A stretch of DNA of 64,000 bases, from positions 128 to 64,127 of the forward strand of contig CAZTXY010000001.1 in NCBI GenBank assembly GCA_964617815.1, read 5' to 3'. A program made the position numbers and the translations under genes. Below, in pieces: positions 45,800 through 56,199 of this stretch. How positions within the stretch are numbered: the first letter of the stretch is position 1; each line of letters starts with the position of its first letter. The notes below the pieces were generated by a model. It did no database searches. It was not told the DNA's origin and saw only the letters and a list, made by a program, of their open reading frames with translations. This DNA is from an uncultured Candidatus Saccharibacteria bacterium (GTDB lineage: Bacteria; Patescibacteriota; Doudnabacteria; UBA920).

Positions 45800-46990
45800 T
45801 TAGTTGTTGGGCTTCATAGCCCTGTTCCAGCGGCTGCCGCTGGAGTTGTTCCGAACCTGCCCACCACCGTCGGTGGGAGCAAGAGCGCGTTGTCCTCCGT
45901 TGTTACGCCGATCCCCGCGGCGCTCATCCGGAGCGACCACAGGATCGTCCTGATGCTTGATCGGCTTGGTGTCAGGACTTTGCCCATTGTTACGGATGAT
46001 CACCGGAACGAGAACCCAATTTCGGGTTACTCGCGGCTCAAAAGTTGCACACTCCCTCTCCCCAAAGGAGACTGTGATCACGCCATCTTCCCAGACAGCC
46101 GATCCGTTTCGATCCAGCGCAGTTGTCTTGTTGCGCTTGACCTCAACGGTTTGAGTGTGATTGTCAGGCCAGCTGACCTTGAGTTGGCCTTTGTCGTGCG
46201 AAGGATTTGTCGCATTCGCGACACGATCGCCAGCAGCTGTGCTGGTGGTCGAAAGCAGTACTGCCTTCCCACGCTCACCCTTCGAGCTACCGGCGTACGA
46301 AATCACGCCGGCGATGACCGTCTTCACCACAGTGCCCACGATCCCACCGACAGCCTTTTCGCGGCCAGAAGCCTCGCCCTTATATGAAATCTCAGGGCAA
46401 TCCGGACACGGAACGGTCACTGTTGTGGTCACCGGTTTTGGAGTCTCCGGTGTCGGCGGCAATGGTACCTCGGTAGTCCAAGTGTTCTCACACTTGTCCT
46501 CCCAATAGTAAATCCTCTTGCCGTCCCGATCCTCGAACTTGATGAGGGTCGGCGGTTCGTCCACGACACAGGGTGTCGCTTCCGGCTCAGGCGGGGTTGT
46601 AACCCACTTGAGCCGATTGAACGTCACACCGCCAGTGGAAGTTCGACATCCCTCCAAGTAACCAAGGGTCCAAGAACCTGGATCAAGGTAGACCCAGGCT
46701 TCGGGGTTGTCGCCCAGGTAGATCACCCGAGCGATTTTTCCGAATTCGTTCCAGGCCGGGAGCTTCCGGTATTTCTCCGGAATCTCCTTGACCTGGACAC
46801 GCTTGTACCCCTCGAACACCGACTTATCACCGGTGTACTTGGGGTGCGAGAAGACCTCGCTGGAGAGCTTCGTCATCTCATAGCGATCGCTACGGATGAG
46901 AGCCTTGCGATTCTGCGCATGCGCTGCCTGGGCCGTGAGGCCCAGGAGAAGCGCCGTGAGAAGAACGAGGGAAAAGATCACCTTGTTCAT
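45800..46990 (-). CDS. hypothetical secreted protein in GC-rich island E
   Basis: 396 aa, about 58% GC; signal peptide MNKVIFSLVLLTALLLGLTAQAAHA; Pro/Thr-rich linker; CPDCPE; C-terminal low-complexity R/N/G-rich tail. Confidence 0.45.
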   Translation of the reverse strand: MNKVIFSLVLLTALLLGLTAQAAHAQNRKALIRSDRYEMTKLSSEVFSHPKYTGDKSVFEGYKRVQVKEIPEKYRKLPAWNEFGKIARVIYLGDNPEAWVYLDPGSWTLGYLEGCRTSTGGVTFNRLKWVTTPPEPEATPCVVDEPPTLIKFEDRDGKRIYYWEDKCENTWTTEVPLPPTPETPKPVTTTVTVPCPDCPEISYKGEASGREKAVGGIVGTVVKTVIAGVISYAGSSKGERGKAVLLSTTSTAAGDRVANATNPSHDKGQLKVSWPDNHTQTVEVKRNKTTALDRNGSAVWEDGVITVSFGERECATFEPRVTRNWVLVPVIIRNNGQSPDTKPIKHQDDPVVAPDERRGDRRNNGGQRALAPTDGGGQVRNNSSGSRWNRAMKPNN

Positions 46991-47005
46991 TTCGTCTCCT
47001 TGGGC

Positions 47006-47734
47006 TCAGCGGCCCTCAACCAAATTTGCATCGTTCGCCGCCTCCAAAATCATGCGGAGGCTAGCGAAGAGAGTTTCTTGCCCATAGTAGTTCCGGGTCT
47101 TTGGCAGACGCACACCCAGTTGGGCCAGCGCGCCAATTGCCGGACCTCCTGTCTGCGCCGAAAAGGTGGAGCTCTGAGAGCCCCCCCACGGAATCCTCAA
47201 CTGTCCTGACCCCGTGGTAAATTCAAACACCTCGGCGTCAGATAGTGACTTTCCCGTGATCTCACCGCGCTGATTGCGCAGTGTGATTTCGACGTAAACT
47301 CGGTATGCGACCTTACGCGAGTTCTGCCCGCGCAAAGAGAAACTCTCCTGCACCGGCACCGAACTGACGTTCGGCTGAATACGCATAATGAGCTCGGCGT
47401 ACTTACGCTCCGCAACTGGTCGGCTGTCACCGAAAGCCCCCGCTTCGATCAAGCGGTTCACCAGTTTCTCGGCCATTGCCGAGTTCTGGAAACCACTAAC
47501 CTCTACGAAGACCGGAGTGAGCTGCTGAGGCGCGGATTGCGCCGGAGCATTAGGAACCGGCTGAGATGCCGGAACCGGCGCTGGCTGCGACGTCGCATTC
47601 GGGTCACCCTGCGCGGGACCCCAACGACGAGCCGCTTCTTCGCGGGTCATCAACTTGCGGCCCGACTGGGCCAAAGCGATCGGTGCCAACACGGCAACGA
47701 TCAGGAACGCGACAAAAATCTTGGTGGTGCTCAT
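47006..47734 (-). CDS. hypothetical secreted protein in GC-rich island E
   Basis: Start moved to the internal ATG (MSTTKIFVAFLIVAVLAPIALAQ signal peptide), which has an AAGGAG RBS 7 nt upstream; Pro/Gln-rich linker; about 58% GC. Confidence 0.45.
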   Translation of the reverse strand: MSTTKIFVAFLIVAVLAPIALAQSGRKLMTREEAARRWGPAQGDPNATSQPAPVPASQPVPNAPAQSAPQQLTPVFVEVSGFQNSAMAEKLVNRLIEAGAFGDSRPVAERKYAELIMRIQPNVSSVPVQESFSLRGQNSRKVAYRVYVEITLRNQRGEITGKSLSDAEVFEFTTGSGQLRIPWGGSQSSTFSAQTGGPAIGALAQLGVRLPKTRNYYGQETLFASLRMILEAANDANLVEGR

Positions 47735-47963
47735 GGATCTTTCTCCTTGTGTATCTGCGTGATGTATGGCCATGAACAGCCATGGGGACGACTAAATATT
47801 AACTAATCGCTTAGTTATCATTAGCCCTCCTCAGAGCTGTCAATGAACTTTCCAACTGATTGTGCTTTTAGGCACATTCCTGCCCCGCCCTCGCGGCGGG
47901 ACAAGATCTGCATGAAAGCTGTAACTTAATAGTATACTCTTCTACTTACATTCCTGTCGAGGC

Positions 47964-49409
47964 TTAATTTAAGTTCTCTGTTTGGCTTAATTTTCCGAAA
48001 ACTACAAGGCGACGGGCAGTAGTATTTAGTGGCCAGCAAGTTGAGAGAGCCACGACTGAATCTGCGGTGCTGGCGAACTGAGCTTGGTCATTGGCTTTGT
48101 ACTCACCACGGCGAGTAACCACATAATTATAACGAACTTGTTTGCCGTTTTTCAAAATTACTGTAACAGAGAAGGAAGAACCATCTGCTAGATTGCCAAG
48201 CTTGCTAAAGACTGTTTTGTACTTATTATTACTCCAAGCATAACCACTGCTGTGTCCAGAAATATAGGCAGTACCGACTTGTCCTGGAAGAGAAGTGCCA
48301 GGATAATGCGCAACACCTTGGCTTAAGTCTTTGTCAAAACTTGCTACGTTCTTTGTCCATACAACTGGCACTGTAACGTTTAAGGATGGGATATTCAGGC
48401 TTCCAAAACTATTTAAATTTATATCAGTACTTGTAACGCCGGTGACTGGAGCAGTGGAACGAGTCTGCCCATTTGTTGATGGTTGAGTTTGTGTGGTCTG
48501 AGATGGTGACTGTTCTGTAGTGATGCCTGCAACACTTCCCGACTCTGAACTAAAACCTTGGCTACCTCTGAAGTCTGTACTGTTTGAAGTTTGCTCAATA
48601 ACTGAAGGTGTACTGATACTACCCAGAGCGATACGGTTAGAGATAACTTCTAGATCAAAATAATTATCAACCAAGTCTTTACGGTTACCGACAAATGGCT
48701 GGAGTGTTACCGGGTCGATGCCTTCAACGACAAGCTGGCCGTCTGCAGTACCATTTCCACTTGTGCTATATTCTTTTGGATTGAGGTTCAATAAATACTT
48801 TTGAAAGTTTGATAGTCCATTCTGTGAATTATCAGCTTCGGGATCAATAACTGAATTATCACTAACATCAAAGTAGAACTGAGAAATCCAAGCACTATAA
48901 TTTTTTGATTGAGCCTTTATCAACTCTTCCATAGCAGATGCCTTTTTGGTATTGCTGGAACTAGAAATAGAAACGCGGTTCTTCAAAAAATTATTTAGTG
49001 AAAAGTCGTTAAAATAATAATTATAGAGGAATATTCCGATAGCGAAGACTAAGACGTATGGCCCAACCATGCGCACAAATGGAGGAATGCGTGGTTTTGT
49101 AGCTTTGGCCACATCAGCCTCTAAAGCAGAGTCAATTTCCACGACAGTCTTGTTTGGCTCTGGGAATGTTTCTGGAGTTTCAATTTCTTCAGTGCTAACA
49201 TCAAAAGGCTGATTGCTTTCTACAGCAACAGCATCAATAACTGGCAACTGACCTGGAAAATGACTTGGTACTTCCTTCAGACCAGCGTTCAGTTGTGTTC
49301 CTGTACCGAACCCCAATAAATCAGCTACGCTGTCGGTTGCAGGAGGATAAATTTTGCTAGATTCGGCCATAAAACTAGGTTTATTTGTTAATAGATTATA
49401 ATACCACAA
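47964..49409 (-). CDS. membrane-anchored protein with C-terminal sortase-like transpeptidase domain
   Basis: TM helix near residue 110; C-terminal His (YISGHSS), Cys (VALSTCWP) and Arg (TARRLVVFG) in sortase order. Confidence 0.55.
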   Translation of the reverse strand: MWYYNLLTNKPSFMAESSKIYPPATDSVADLLGFGTGTQLNAGLKEVPSHFPGQLPVIDAVAVESNQPFDVSTEEIETPETFPEPNKTVVEIDSALEADVAKATKPRIPPFVRMVGPYVLVFAIGIFLYNYYFNDFSLNNFLKNRVSISSSSNTKKASAMEELIKAQSKNYSAWISQFYFDVSDNSVIDPEADNSQNGLSNFQKYLLNLNPKEYSTSGNGTADGQLVVEGIDPVTLQPFVGNRKDLVDNYFDLEVISNRIALGSISTPSVIEQTSNSTDFRGSQGFSSESGSVAGITTEQSPSQTTQTQPSTNGQTRSTAPVTGVTSTDINLNSFGSLNIPSLNVTVPVVWTKNVASFDKDLSQGVAHYPGTSLPGQVGTAYISGHSSGYAWSNNKYKTVFSKLGNLADGSSFSVTVILKNGKQVRYNYVVTRRGEYKANDQAQFASTADSVVALSTCWPLNTTARRLVVFGKLSQTENLN

Positions 49410-49566
49410 TTTTGGGTTTTTGTCAATAGTATTCAGTCCACAATTTTTTGTCTAAAATCGCCTGTTTATATAGTGATTCAAGCTATTTAGAAGTTTTAGG
49501 CCTTTTGACAAAGTGGTCCCCCACTTGTACCATAAATGTACGACTAATGCTTTAGAAATACAAATT

Positions 49567-50580
49567 ATGTCTCAAAATATTTTAATTACTGGAGGAGCTG
49601 GATTTATTGGTAGTAATTTTGTACATTATTGGACTAAAAATTACCCAGAAGACAAAATTACAGTATTTGACGCTCTAACTTATGCTGGCAATCTTGAGAA
49701 CCTGGAATCCATAAAAGATAAAATTACTTTTGTTAAAGGAGATATTACAAATGATGCTGATGTTAACGCCGCAGTTGCAGGACAAGACGTTGTTGTGCAT
49801 TTTGCAGCCGAAAGTCATAACGACCGAGCGATTTTAGACCCAGATATTTTTATTAAAACTAATGTAGCTGGCACACACGCACTACTCCGCGCCAGCCGTA
49901 AACACAACATCAAACGTTTTCATCATATCTCGACAGATGAAGTTTTTGGCCACATTGAATTGTCATCAAATGATAAATGGACGGAGGACTCCCCTTACGC
50001 ACCACGTAGCCCTTATTCAGCCAGCAAAGCCGGCAGTGACCATATTGTTCGAGCATACTTTCACACTTTTGGTTTACCAATAACCATTACAAACTGCACC
50101 AACAATTTTGGCCCGTACATGTTTCCAGAAAAACTAATGCCACTTGCCATTACTAACGCTTTGGAAGATAAAAAAATTCCTGTGTATGGTCAAGGCGATC
50201 AGATTCGCGACTGGCTTTATGTTAACGATCATTGTCGCGCTATAGATCTAGTACTGAGCAAGGGCATGGTTGGCGAAACTTATTTAGTTGGTAGTCAGCA
50301 CCGCGAGTATACAAATTTAGAGATTATCAAAATTATTTTAAAACTGCTGGGTAAAGATGAAAGCCTCATTGAATTTGTGGCAGACCGCCCAGGCCATGAT
50401 GCTAAATACGCTATAGACGCTAGTAAAATTAGTCGTGAACTTGGTTGGCAACCAGAACATAATGTTGAGGACTGGCTAGAGGTTATGGTCAATTGGTATA
50501 AAGACAACGAAGCTTGGTGGAAAAAAGTTAAAAGCGGTGAATATCAAAAATATTACGAACAAAACTATTTAAATCGTTAA
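49567..50580 (+). CDS. rfbB: dTDP-glucose 4,6-dehydratase
   Basis: ILITGGAGFIGSN Rossmann motif, YSASKAGSD catalytic YxxxK; start placed at MSQNIL. Confidence 0.9.
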   Translation: MSQNILITGGAGFIGSNFVHYWTKNYPEDKITVFDALTYAGNLENLESIKDKITFVKGDITNDADVNAAVAGQDVVVHFAAESHNDRAILDPDIFIKTNVAGTHALLRASRKHNIKRFHHISTDEVFGHIELSSNDKWTEDSPYAPRSPYSASKAGSDHIVRAYFHTFGLPITITNCTNNFGPYMFPEKLMPLAITNALEDKKIPVYGQGDQIRDWLYVNDHCRAIDLVLSKGMVGETYLVGSQHREYTNLEIIKIILKLLGKDESLIEFVADRPGHDAKYAIDASKISRELGWQPEHNVEDWLEVMVNWYKDNEAWWKKVKSGEYQKYYEQNYLNR

Positions 50581-50581
50581 C

Positions 50582-51208
50582 ATGAACATTCCATCAATTA
50601 ATTTTATAAGTCTCGACAATTACAAGGATCAAAAACTTATCGACGGCGTCGTAATACATCCCCTCATCCGTGCACGCCGTGGTGAGGTTGATCCCCGTGG
50701 TTATTTGGTAGAAATGTTTCGCAGTGACTGGTCCGATATGCAATACGACAATATCCAACCAGCAATGACCTATAGTTCTTTTACATATAAAGGTATAGCT
50801 CGAGATGAAGACCAATGGCATGTCCATCCTCATGAAAACACAGAGGGGGGTATTGAACAGTACGATCGATGGGCTTTTATTGGCAAGGCTATTGCAGTCA
50901 TAGCCGATCCAAAAACACATGAACTAAATTTATTTAAAATTGGTACTGGGTGGGGAAATCAAGGATTCTATACATTACTCATCCCACCTCATAAGTATCA
51001 TGGTTTCCTCTCTGCTGGTGGAGTAACTGATGACGAAAACAAGGAAGGAGTATGGATACTTAACTGGCCAAACCATTTATACGATTACGGCAATCCTGGA
51101 CTCATTGAAGGTCGAGTCCCTTATGCGGGGTCGCAGATTCTTTTGCCAGATAACGCAGAATTTAATTGGAACTCTGTTCGTTCAGAATTAGGACTTTCCA
51201 TATCATGA
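50582..51208 (+). CDS. rfbC: cupin-fold dTDP-4-dehydrorhamnose 3,5-epimerase-like protein
   Basis: DPRGYLVEMFR resembles the RmlC N-terminal motif; position between rfbB and rfbD. Confidence 0.55.
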   Translation: MNIPSINFISLDNYKDQKLIDGVVIHPLIRARRGEVDPRGYLVEMFRSDWSDMQYDNIQPAMTYSSFTYKGIARDEDQWHVHPHENTEGGIEQYDRWAFIGKAIAVIADPKTHELNLFKIGTGWGNQGFYTLLIPPHKYHGFLSAGGVTDDENKEGVWILNWPNHLYDYGNPGLIEGRVPYAGSQILLPDNAEFNWNSVRSELGLSIS

Positions 51209-52041
51209 AAAAAATCTTAATTCTTGGAAAAAATGGCAACTTAGGCAGTGAGCTGATGAACCTCTACTCCGGTGAAGGTGTTACTGGCTGGGACAGAAAT
51301 GATATCGATGTAACGAGTCAAGAAATGGTTACAAAAAAAATTACAGCTCTACATCCAGATATTGTTTTTAATTGCACAGCCTATAACAATGTAGATGGCG
51401 CAGAAGAAGATTTTACCGCTGCTAAACAAGTCAACGGTGACGCACCAGGTTTTCTGGCCACAGCCTGCAAAAATATAAATGCTGTACTTATACACTTTAG
51501 CTCTGGGCAAATTTTCGCCGGGGATAATCCTCACGGCAACAACGAAGACGATACACCACTGCCGGTTAATGCTTACGGACAGTCAAAGCTTATTGGGGAA
51601 AAATTCGTGCAAGAGAAAACCGAAGCCTACTATATTATCCGCACCGAATGGCTTTACGGCAAAGGCTCTGGCAAAAAAAGTTTTATTGACATCATGCTAG
51701 AGAAAGCAACTGAGGGCAAACCCATGCAAGGCGTAGATGATGAAATTGGCAAACCCACTTGGGCTCAGGACTTAGCAGAGTTTAGCCGAATGATTGTTGA
51801 ACAAAAACATCCTTATGGGATATACCATGGGATTAATGAAGGGCAAGCTTCCAGACATGACTGGGCCCAAGAAATATTTAAAATCAAGGAATTAAATCCG
51901 CAACTCTCGGCCGTCTCTAGCTCAACTTTTCCTCCTCGCAAAGCCAAACGTCCAAAATATGAACTGCTAAATAATACAAAGCTCATTAAAATGCGTCCAT
52001 GGCAAGAAGCATTGGCCGAATATCTAACTACTAATAACTAA
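51205..52041 (+). CDS. rfbD: dTDP-4-dehydrorhamnose reductase
   Basis: MKKILILGKNGNLGSEL Rossmann N-terminus; start placed at the internal Met, overlapping rfbC by 4 nt. Confidence 0.8.
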   Translation: MKKILILGKNGNLGSELMNLYSGEGVTGWDRNDIDVTSQEMVTKKITALHPDIVFNCTAYNNVDGAEEDFTAAKQVNGDAPGFLATACKNINAVLIHFSSGQIFAGDNPHGNNEDDTPLPVNAYGQSKLIGEKFVQEKTEAYYIIRTEWLYGKGSGKKSFIDIMLEKATEGKPMQGVDDEIGKPTWAQDLAEFSRMIVEQKHPYGIYHGINEGQASRHDWAQEIFKIKELNPQLSAVSSSTFPPRKAKRPKYELLNNTKLIKMRPWQEALAEYLTTNN

Positions 52042-52058
52042 TTACTTATACAAATTTT

Positions 52059-52784
52059 ATGAAAGGTATTATCCTCTCCGGCGGCGCAGGTACGCGACTC
52101 ATGCCACTAACAAAAGTCACCAGCAAACAACTCTTACCTATCTATAATAAACCAATGGTGTTTTATCCTTTGGAAAAATTATTGCAGGCCGGGATTAAGG
52201 AAATTCTAATTATTGTAGCTCCTGACCACTGCGGAGACTATATGAAAGTTTTGGGAAGCGGCAAAGAATTTGGCGAAGGAGTTCGCTTTACTTATGAAAT
52301 TCAAGACAAGCCATTGGGTTTAGCCCATGCCTATATTATGGCCGAAAATTTTCTTGATGATGGCGAGAGCTCAGCTATGATTTTGGGTGATAACATGTTT
52401 GACGCGGATTTTTCCGAAGCCATCCAAAATTTTAAAAGTGGGGGCAAAGTCTTTGCTAAAGAAGTTCCGGATCCAGAACGGTTTGGAGTAGTGAAATTCG
52501 ACCAACAACAAAAAGCTGTGGAGATTATTGAAAAGCCAAAAACTTTTCTCTCAAACCACGCGCTCACTGGCATGTATATTTTTGACAACCGAGTTGTAGA
52601 AATTGCGAAAAACGTAAAACCTTCAGACCGTGGTGAAATTGAGATTACAGAAATAATGAACTGGTACTTACAAAAAGAAGAGCTTGATGTAGAAATTATA
52701 AATGGCCAATGGATAGACGCTGGCACATTTGAAAGCTACTACAAAGCTAATCAGTGGGCTTACGAAAAATCTCAAAAAGAATAA
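52059..52784 (+). CDS. rfbA: glucose-1-phosphate thymidylyltransferase (short form)
   Basis: MKGIILSGGAGTRLMPLT nucleotidyltransferase motif. Confidence 0.85.
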   Translation: MKGIILSGGAGTRLMPLTKVTSKQLLPIYNKPMVFYPLEKLLQAGIKEILIIVAPDHCGDYMKVLGSGKEFGEGVRFTYEIQDKPLGLAHAYIMAENFLDDGESSAMILGDNMFDADFSEAIQNFKSGGKVFAKEVPDPERFGVVKFDQQQKAVEIIEKPKTFLSNHALTGMYIFDNRVVEIAKNVKPSDRGEIEITEIMNWYLQKEELDVEIINGQWIDAGTFESYYKANQWAYEKSQKE

Positions 52785-53057
52785 CTTGCCTTAAGTTTAA
52801 CTACTTAATACTGTGTTCGTTGCAACACAGAAGGATAAGCTGCATCAGATTCTACTCCGTGAAGACGTGGCCCAAACACAGCCAATAGCGATAAGAAAAG
52901 TGCGACTAATGCTATTATCCATAATAACAATTGTTTTTGTTTCATAATTTTTTTGATTATCTAATCTATCATAAGCATACTAACAACAAAGAAAAAGGCA
53001 AGCGAGTTATCCACAAAAGGCTGTTTTCGCAACTTGAATCAAAATTTAGACAAAAAA

Positions 53058-53088
53058 AATCCCCCAGCTAAAAGCTCGGGGGATTTTT
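53058..53088. terminator. bidirectional rho-independent terminator
   Basis: AAAAAAAATCCCCCAGC-TAAAA-GCTCGGGGGATTTTTTT, abutting the rplU stop. Confidence 0.65.
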
Positions 53089-53394
53089 TTAGATTTTTGT
53101 AATTTCTATTTCAGTGTAATGTTGTCTGTGACCAGCACTTCTGCGATACTTACTTTTAGCTTTATACTTCAAGATGTGAATCTTCCTATCACGACCCTGC
53201 TTAGTAACTTTAGCCTCAACAACAACACCGGAAACATAAGGCTTACCAACATTGTAAGTCTTGTCATCACCAGTAAATAAAACTTTATCAAACTTTAAGT
53301 CACTACCAACTTCTGCTTCCAATTTTTCAATTTGAAGACTGTCTCCTTTAGCAACAAGGTATTGCTTGCCACCTGTTTCAATAATTGCGTACAT
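53089..53394 (-). CDS. rplU: 50S ribosomal protein L21
   Basis: MYAIIETGGKQY... L21 signature. Confidence 0.9.
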   Translation of the reverse strand: MYAIIETGGKQYLVAKGDSLQIEKLEAEVGSDLKFDKVLFTGDDKTYNVGKPYVSGVVVEAKVTKQGRDRKIHILKYKAKSKYRRSAGHRQHYTEIEITKI

Positions 53395-53467
53395 GATTTT
53401 AATCAGAAATTAAGAATTTATAGGAAAGTTTTTAACCTTCGTAGTATACCAAAACTACCCAAAAAAA

Positions 53468-54520
53468 TCAAGTGTTCACCTTTGAGCTAGATTTTCGACT
53501 CACCGCGGTGATTAGCAAAATCATTATAATAATTAAGGCTAATAGCGCGATGGCTTTTCCAAAAGTTTGAGAAAAAATAGCAATTAAGCCAAAAAGGACT
53601 GAAACGCCGTACAAAATAAGAACAGTCTGCCTTTGAGAAAACCCTCGATCAAGAAATCTAAAGTGTAAATGCAGACGATCTCCTCGAAAAACACTTCGAC
53701 GTTGCCACAAGCGCTGAAGCAAAACCCAAGCCACATCGAGGATAGGAATACCCATAACTAAAAGTGCTGTGGCAATTTTCCCGCCTAAAATTATGGACAA
53801 AACGCCTAGCAAAAATCCAACTAACAGACTTCCGCCATCTCCCAAAAAAATTGAGGCTGGATGAAAAGCATAGACCAAATAGCCTGCTAAACTGGCAGCT
53901 AAAATAATTGAAATTGCAGCGGTCATGGGTTGGTTAATGTGTGGCAAAAGTGACAGCGCAAATAAAGTTAAGCTGGCAATAGTTCCAATACCACTTACTA
54001 AACCATCGATGCCGTCAAGAAATTTTGTTGTAAACATCATTCCCATCATCCACAACCACACAAAAACTGCAGATGCAGGAATTCCAATAATTAAAAACTT
54101 CAAGCTAATTGCATCCCCAAATGGATTACCAATCTCAGTAATACCTACGCCAACCCCGGCACTAACCATAATCAAAGCGCTAATAGCTGGAAACAACCAC
54201 AAAACTTTTGGTGGTAAATTATAACGATCATCTAAATATCCCTCTACCATTAAAAGAGCCCCGCCTGCTAGCATGGCCAGAAAAAACTTAAACGGTATCA
54301 CCGCATAATTTATATCCCCATAAATTAAATAAAGAGCAACGCTAATTCCAAATGACAAAAATACCGCAAGTCCTCCGAGCTTAGCTGTGGGTCGTGAATG
54401 TAAATTGCGTGGAGGCCTCGGGATATCGACGCACCCCAACCTAAAAGCTAATTTTCGAACCAATGGAGTTAAAATAAGCGACAAAGCAAAAGCTAAACCA
54501 CTTAAAATTAGGTAGTGCAT
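53468..54520 (-). CDS. polyprenyl-phosphate N-acetylhexosamine-1-phosphate transferase (WecA/MraY family)
   Basis: About 10 TM helices, DDxxN-like motif (LDDRYNL), 350 aa. Confidence 0.7.
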   Translation of the reverse strand: MHYLILSGLAFALSLILTPLVRKLAFRLGCVDIPRPPRNLHSRPTAKLGGLAVFLSFGISVALYLIYGDINYAVIPFKFFLAMLAGGALLMVEGYLDDRYNLPPKVLWLFPAISALIMVSAGVGVGITEIGNPFGDAISLKFLIIGIPASAVFVWLWMMGMMFTTKFLDGIDGLVSGIGTIASLTLFALSLLPHINQPMTAAISIILAASLAGYLVYAFHPASIFLGDGGSLLVGFLLGVLSIILGGKIATALLVMGIPILDVAWVLLQRLWQRRSVFRGDRLHLHFRFLDRGFSQRQTVLILYGVSVLFGLIAIFSQTFGKAIALLALIIIMILLITAVSRKSSSKVNT

Positions 54521-54523
54521 AAA

Positions 54524-56197
54524 TTATAAATTATTTGGCTTAGTCGTAACGTCTTGCATTTCTTGCATGTGCAAACCAGTGTTCTCACCCTTACGGGCTT
54601 TGGGAGTAACCCAAAATTCTAAATATCTTCCAAACATTAAACGCGTTTGAGCTTCAATAGCAGGCAGGCTCCCAAAAATAACTGAAGTTGCCGGAACCAA
54701 AAACCACTGTAAGTACATCATAATACTGCTCATTTTACCATATTTTTTAGGGCGTGGGGGTAATAAAATCAAATTAATATAAACACTAAAAACTAAAAAG
54801 AAAGTGGCTATTGTCATTAAAGCTTTCGTCGTTTTTGGTAAATTATATGCTACGACCGACTCAGTAAATTGGGTTCCCCCAATGAATAATGGCAACCACC
54901 CGAGCAAAGAAATTAATATACTTGCGGTAGCCCAATTAAAATTTCCTTCAATGTATTGATATAACTTATACATCCTATCCCAAAAGGGTGCCGGACTTCG
55001 AAGTAACGCAGGAACCAAATGTGGATAATATTCAACATTATAAGCCCAGCGTTTCTTTTGTGAATACTGATTCTTCATGGTTTTCCAAATAGTTGTGTCT
55101 AAACAAGTATCTAATGATACCGGGATAAACAACGGGACAACTTCATAATCGCCTTTGTAATGCAAATAGCACTGCCAAAAAATAAAGCCATCTTCATTTA
55201 CGATATCCTTTTTCCAAAATCCTACATCGACTAATGCTTGCAAGGTCATGCTATGTGCAGCAAAAGTGCGCAGCCTATCTGGCCGCGAACTTTCAGTAAA
55301 TTGCCAAAAAGAATTAGACACAGACACGACACGAATGAATGCAGGGCTGTCCCAAATATTATTATTGTAGATGGCAATTGGCTGATAACTTTTTTGATAC
55401 GGCTTTTCCGCGGTTAAAAACTCATACAAGACTCGAGCAAAATACTGCGGATGAACTATAGTGTCACTATCTAAATTTGACACAATAACTTGAGGGATTT
55501 GTATGCCTAACTCTTTTATCTTTGGTAAAAGACTTTGCATGGCAAAACTAGCATTTGAGCTCTTGCCTTTTATCTCACCTTCCAACCCATCTGGATGAAC
55601 TGTCACAAAAAATGCATAGAAGTCTTTGGCGTATTTTTCTCTAACTTGTTCTGCAGTCTCGCTAGCAGGTTTTCCAGCCCGTTCTTCGCTAGCCATTACT
55701 ACTATCATCCGTTCTTTTGGATACCGCGAGGTTTTAATAGCAGATAAGGTGCTATCTAAAACTTCAAAGCTTTCATTAACAAACGGAATGATGACAACTT
55801 GATAAAAATCTAAGTGGGAAGTTCCTAGTAATGTCTTGCCTTTGCCAGAGTTAAGTCTCAAGATTTCTTCTTGATAATATTTTTTTTCTAACTTTTTCTT
55901 TGTGCTAGGAATTTGAGCTTCCAAGAATTTAATAAATTCATCTGGGTGATTAAGCCTTTGCACAAAATCCATCCAATCAATGGTAACAAGCACGCGAAAC
56001 TTTCGGTAACTCCAAATTAAATGCATTGACACATTTAAAGCCTTAAGGACCCAATATAAATCAAAACAAATAATAAAAAGCGCAGCCCACACCGGTTTAT
56101 AGTAGGAAGCAGCAATGGCACCAAAAAAAACAAGCCAAAACTGTAAGCCTGGCAATATTTCCCAAAAACGATCTGCTGGAGTGCGTTTACGAAACAT
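54524..56197 (-). CDS. membrane-embedded processive GT2 glycosyltransferase (cellulose/chitin-synthase-like)
   Basis: D, DxD (NLDSDT) and QxxRW (QKKRWAYN) motifs in order, flanked by TM helices. Confidence 0.6.
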   Translation of the reverse strand: MFRKRTPADRFWEILPGLQFWLVFFGAIAASYYKPVWAALFIICFDLYWVLKALNVSMHLIWSYRKFRVLVTIDWMDFVQRLNHPDEFIKFLEAQIPSTKKKLEKKYYQEEILRLNSGKGKTLLGTSHLDFYQVVIIPFVNESFEVLDSTLSAIKTSRYPKERMIVVMASEERAGKPASETAEQVREKYAKDFYAFFVTVHPDGLEGEIKGKSSNASFAMQSLLPKIKELGIQIPQVIVSNLDSDTIVHPQYFARVLYEFLTAEKPYQKSYQPIAIYNNNIWDSPAFIRVVSVSNSFWQFTESSRPDRLRTFAAHSMTLQALVDVGFWKKDIVNEDGFIFWQCYLHYKGDYEVVPLFIPVSLDTCLDTTIWKTMKNQYSQKKRWAYNVEYYPHLVPALLRSPAPFWDRMYKLYQYIEGNFNWATASILISLLGWLPLFIGGTQFTESVVAYNLPKTTKALMTIATFFLVFSVYINLILLPPRPKKYGKMSSIMMYLQWFLVPATSVIFGSLPAIEAQTRLMFGRYLEFWVTPKARKGENTGLHMQEMQDVTTKPNNL

Positions 56198-56199
56198 AT

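Noticed and set aside
45890-47806. Plus-strand ORFs antisense to the island-E genes (45890..46387, 45957..46154, 46161..46508, 46844..47209, 46896..47087, 47537..47806, 47566..47775) and the minus-strand 47197..47430
   Set aside because: They are antisense or off-frame artefacts of about 58% GC. The two long minus-strand ORFs with signal peptides and RBSs account for the segment.
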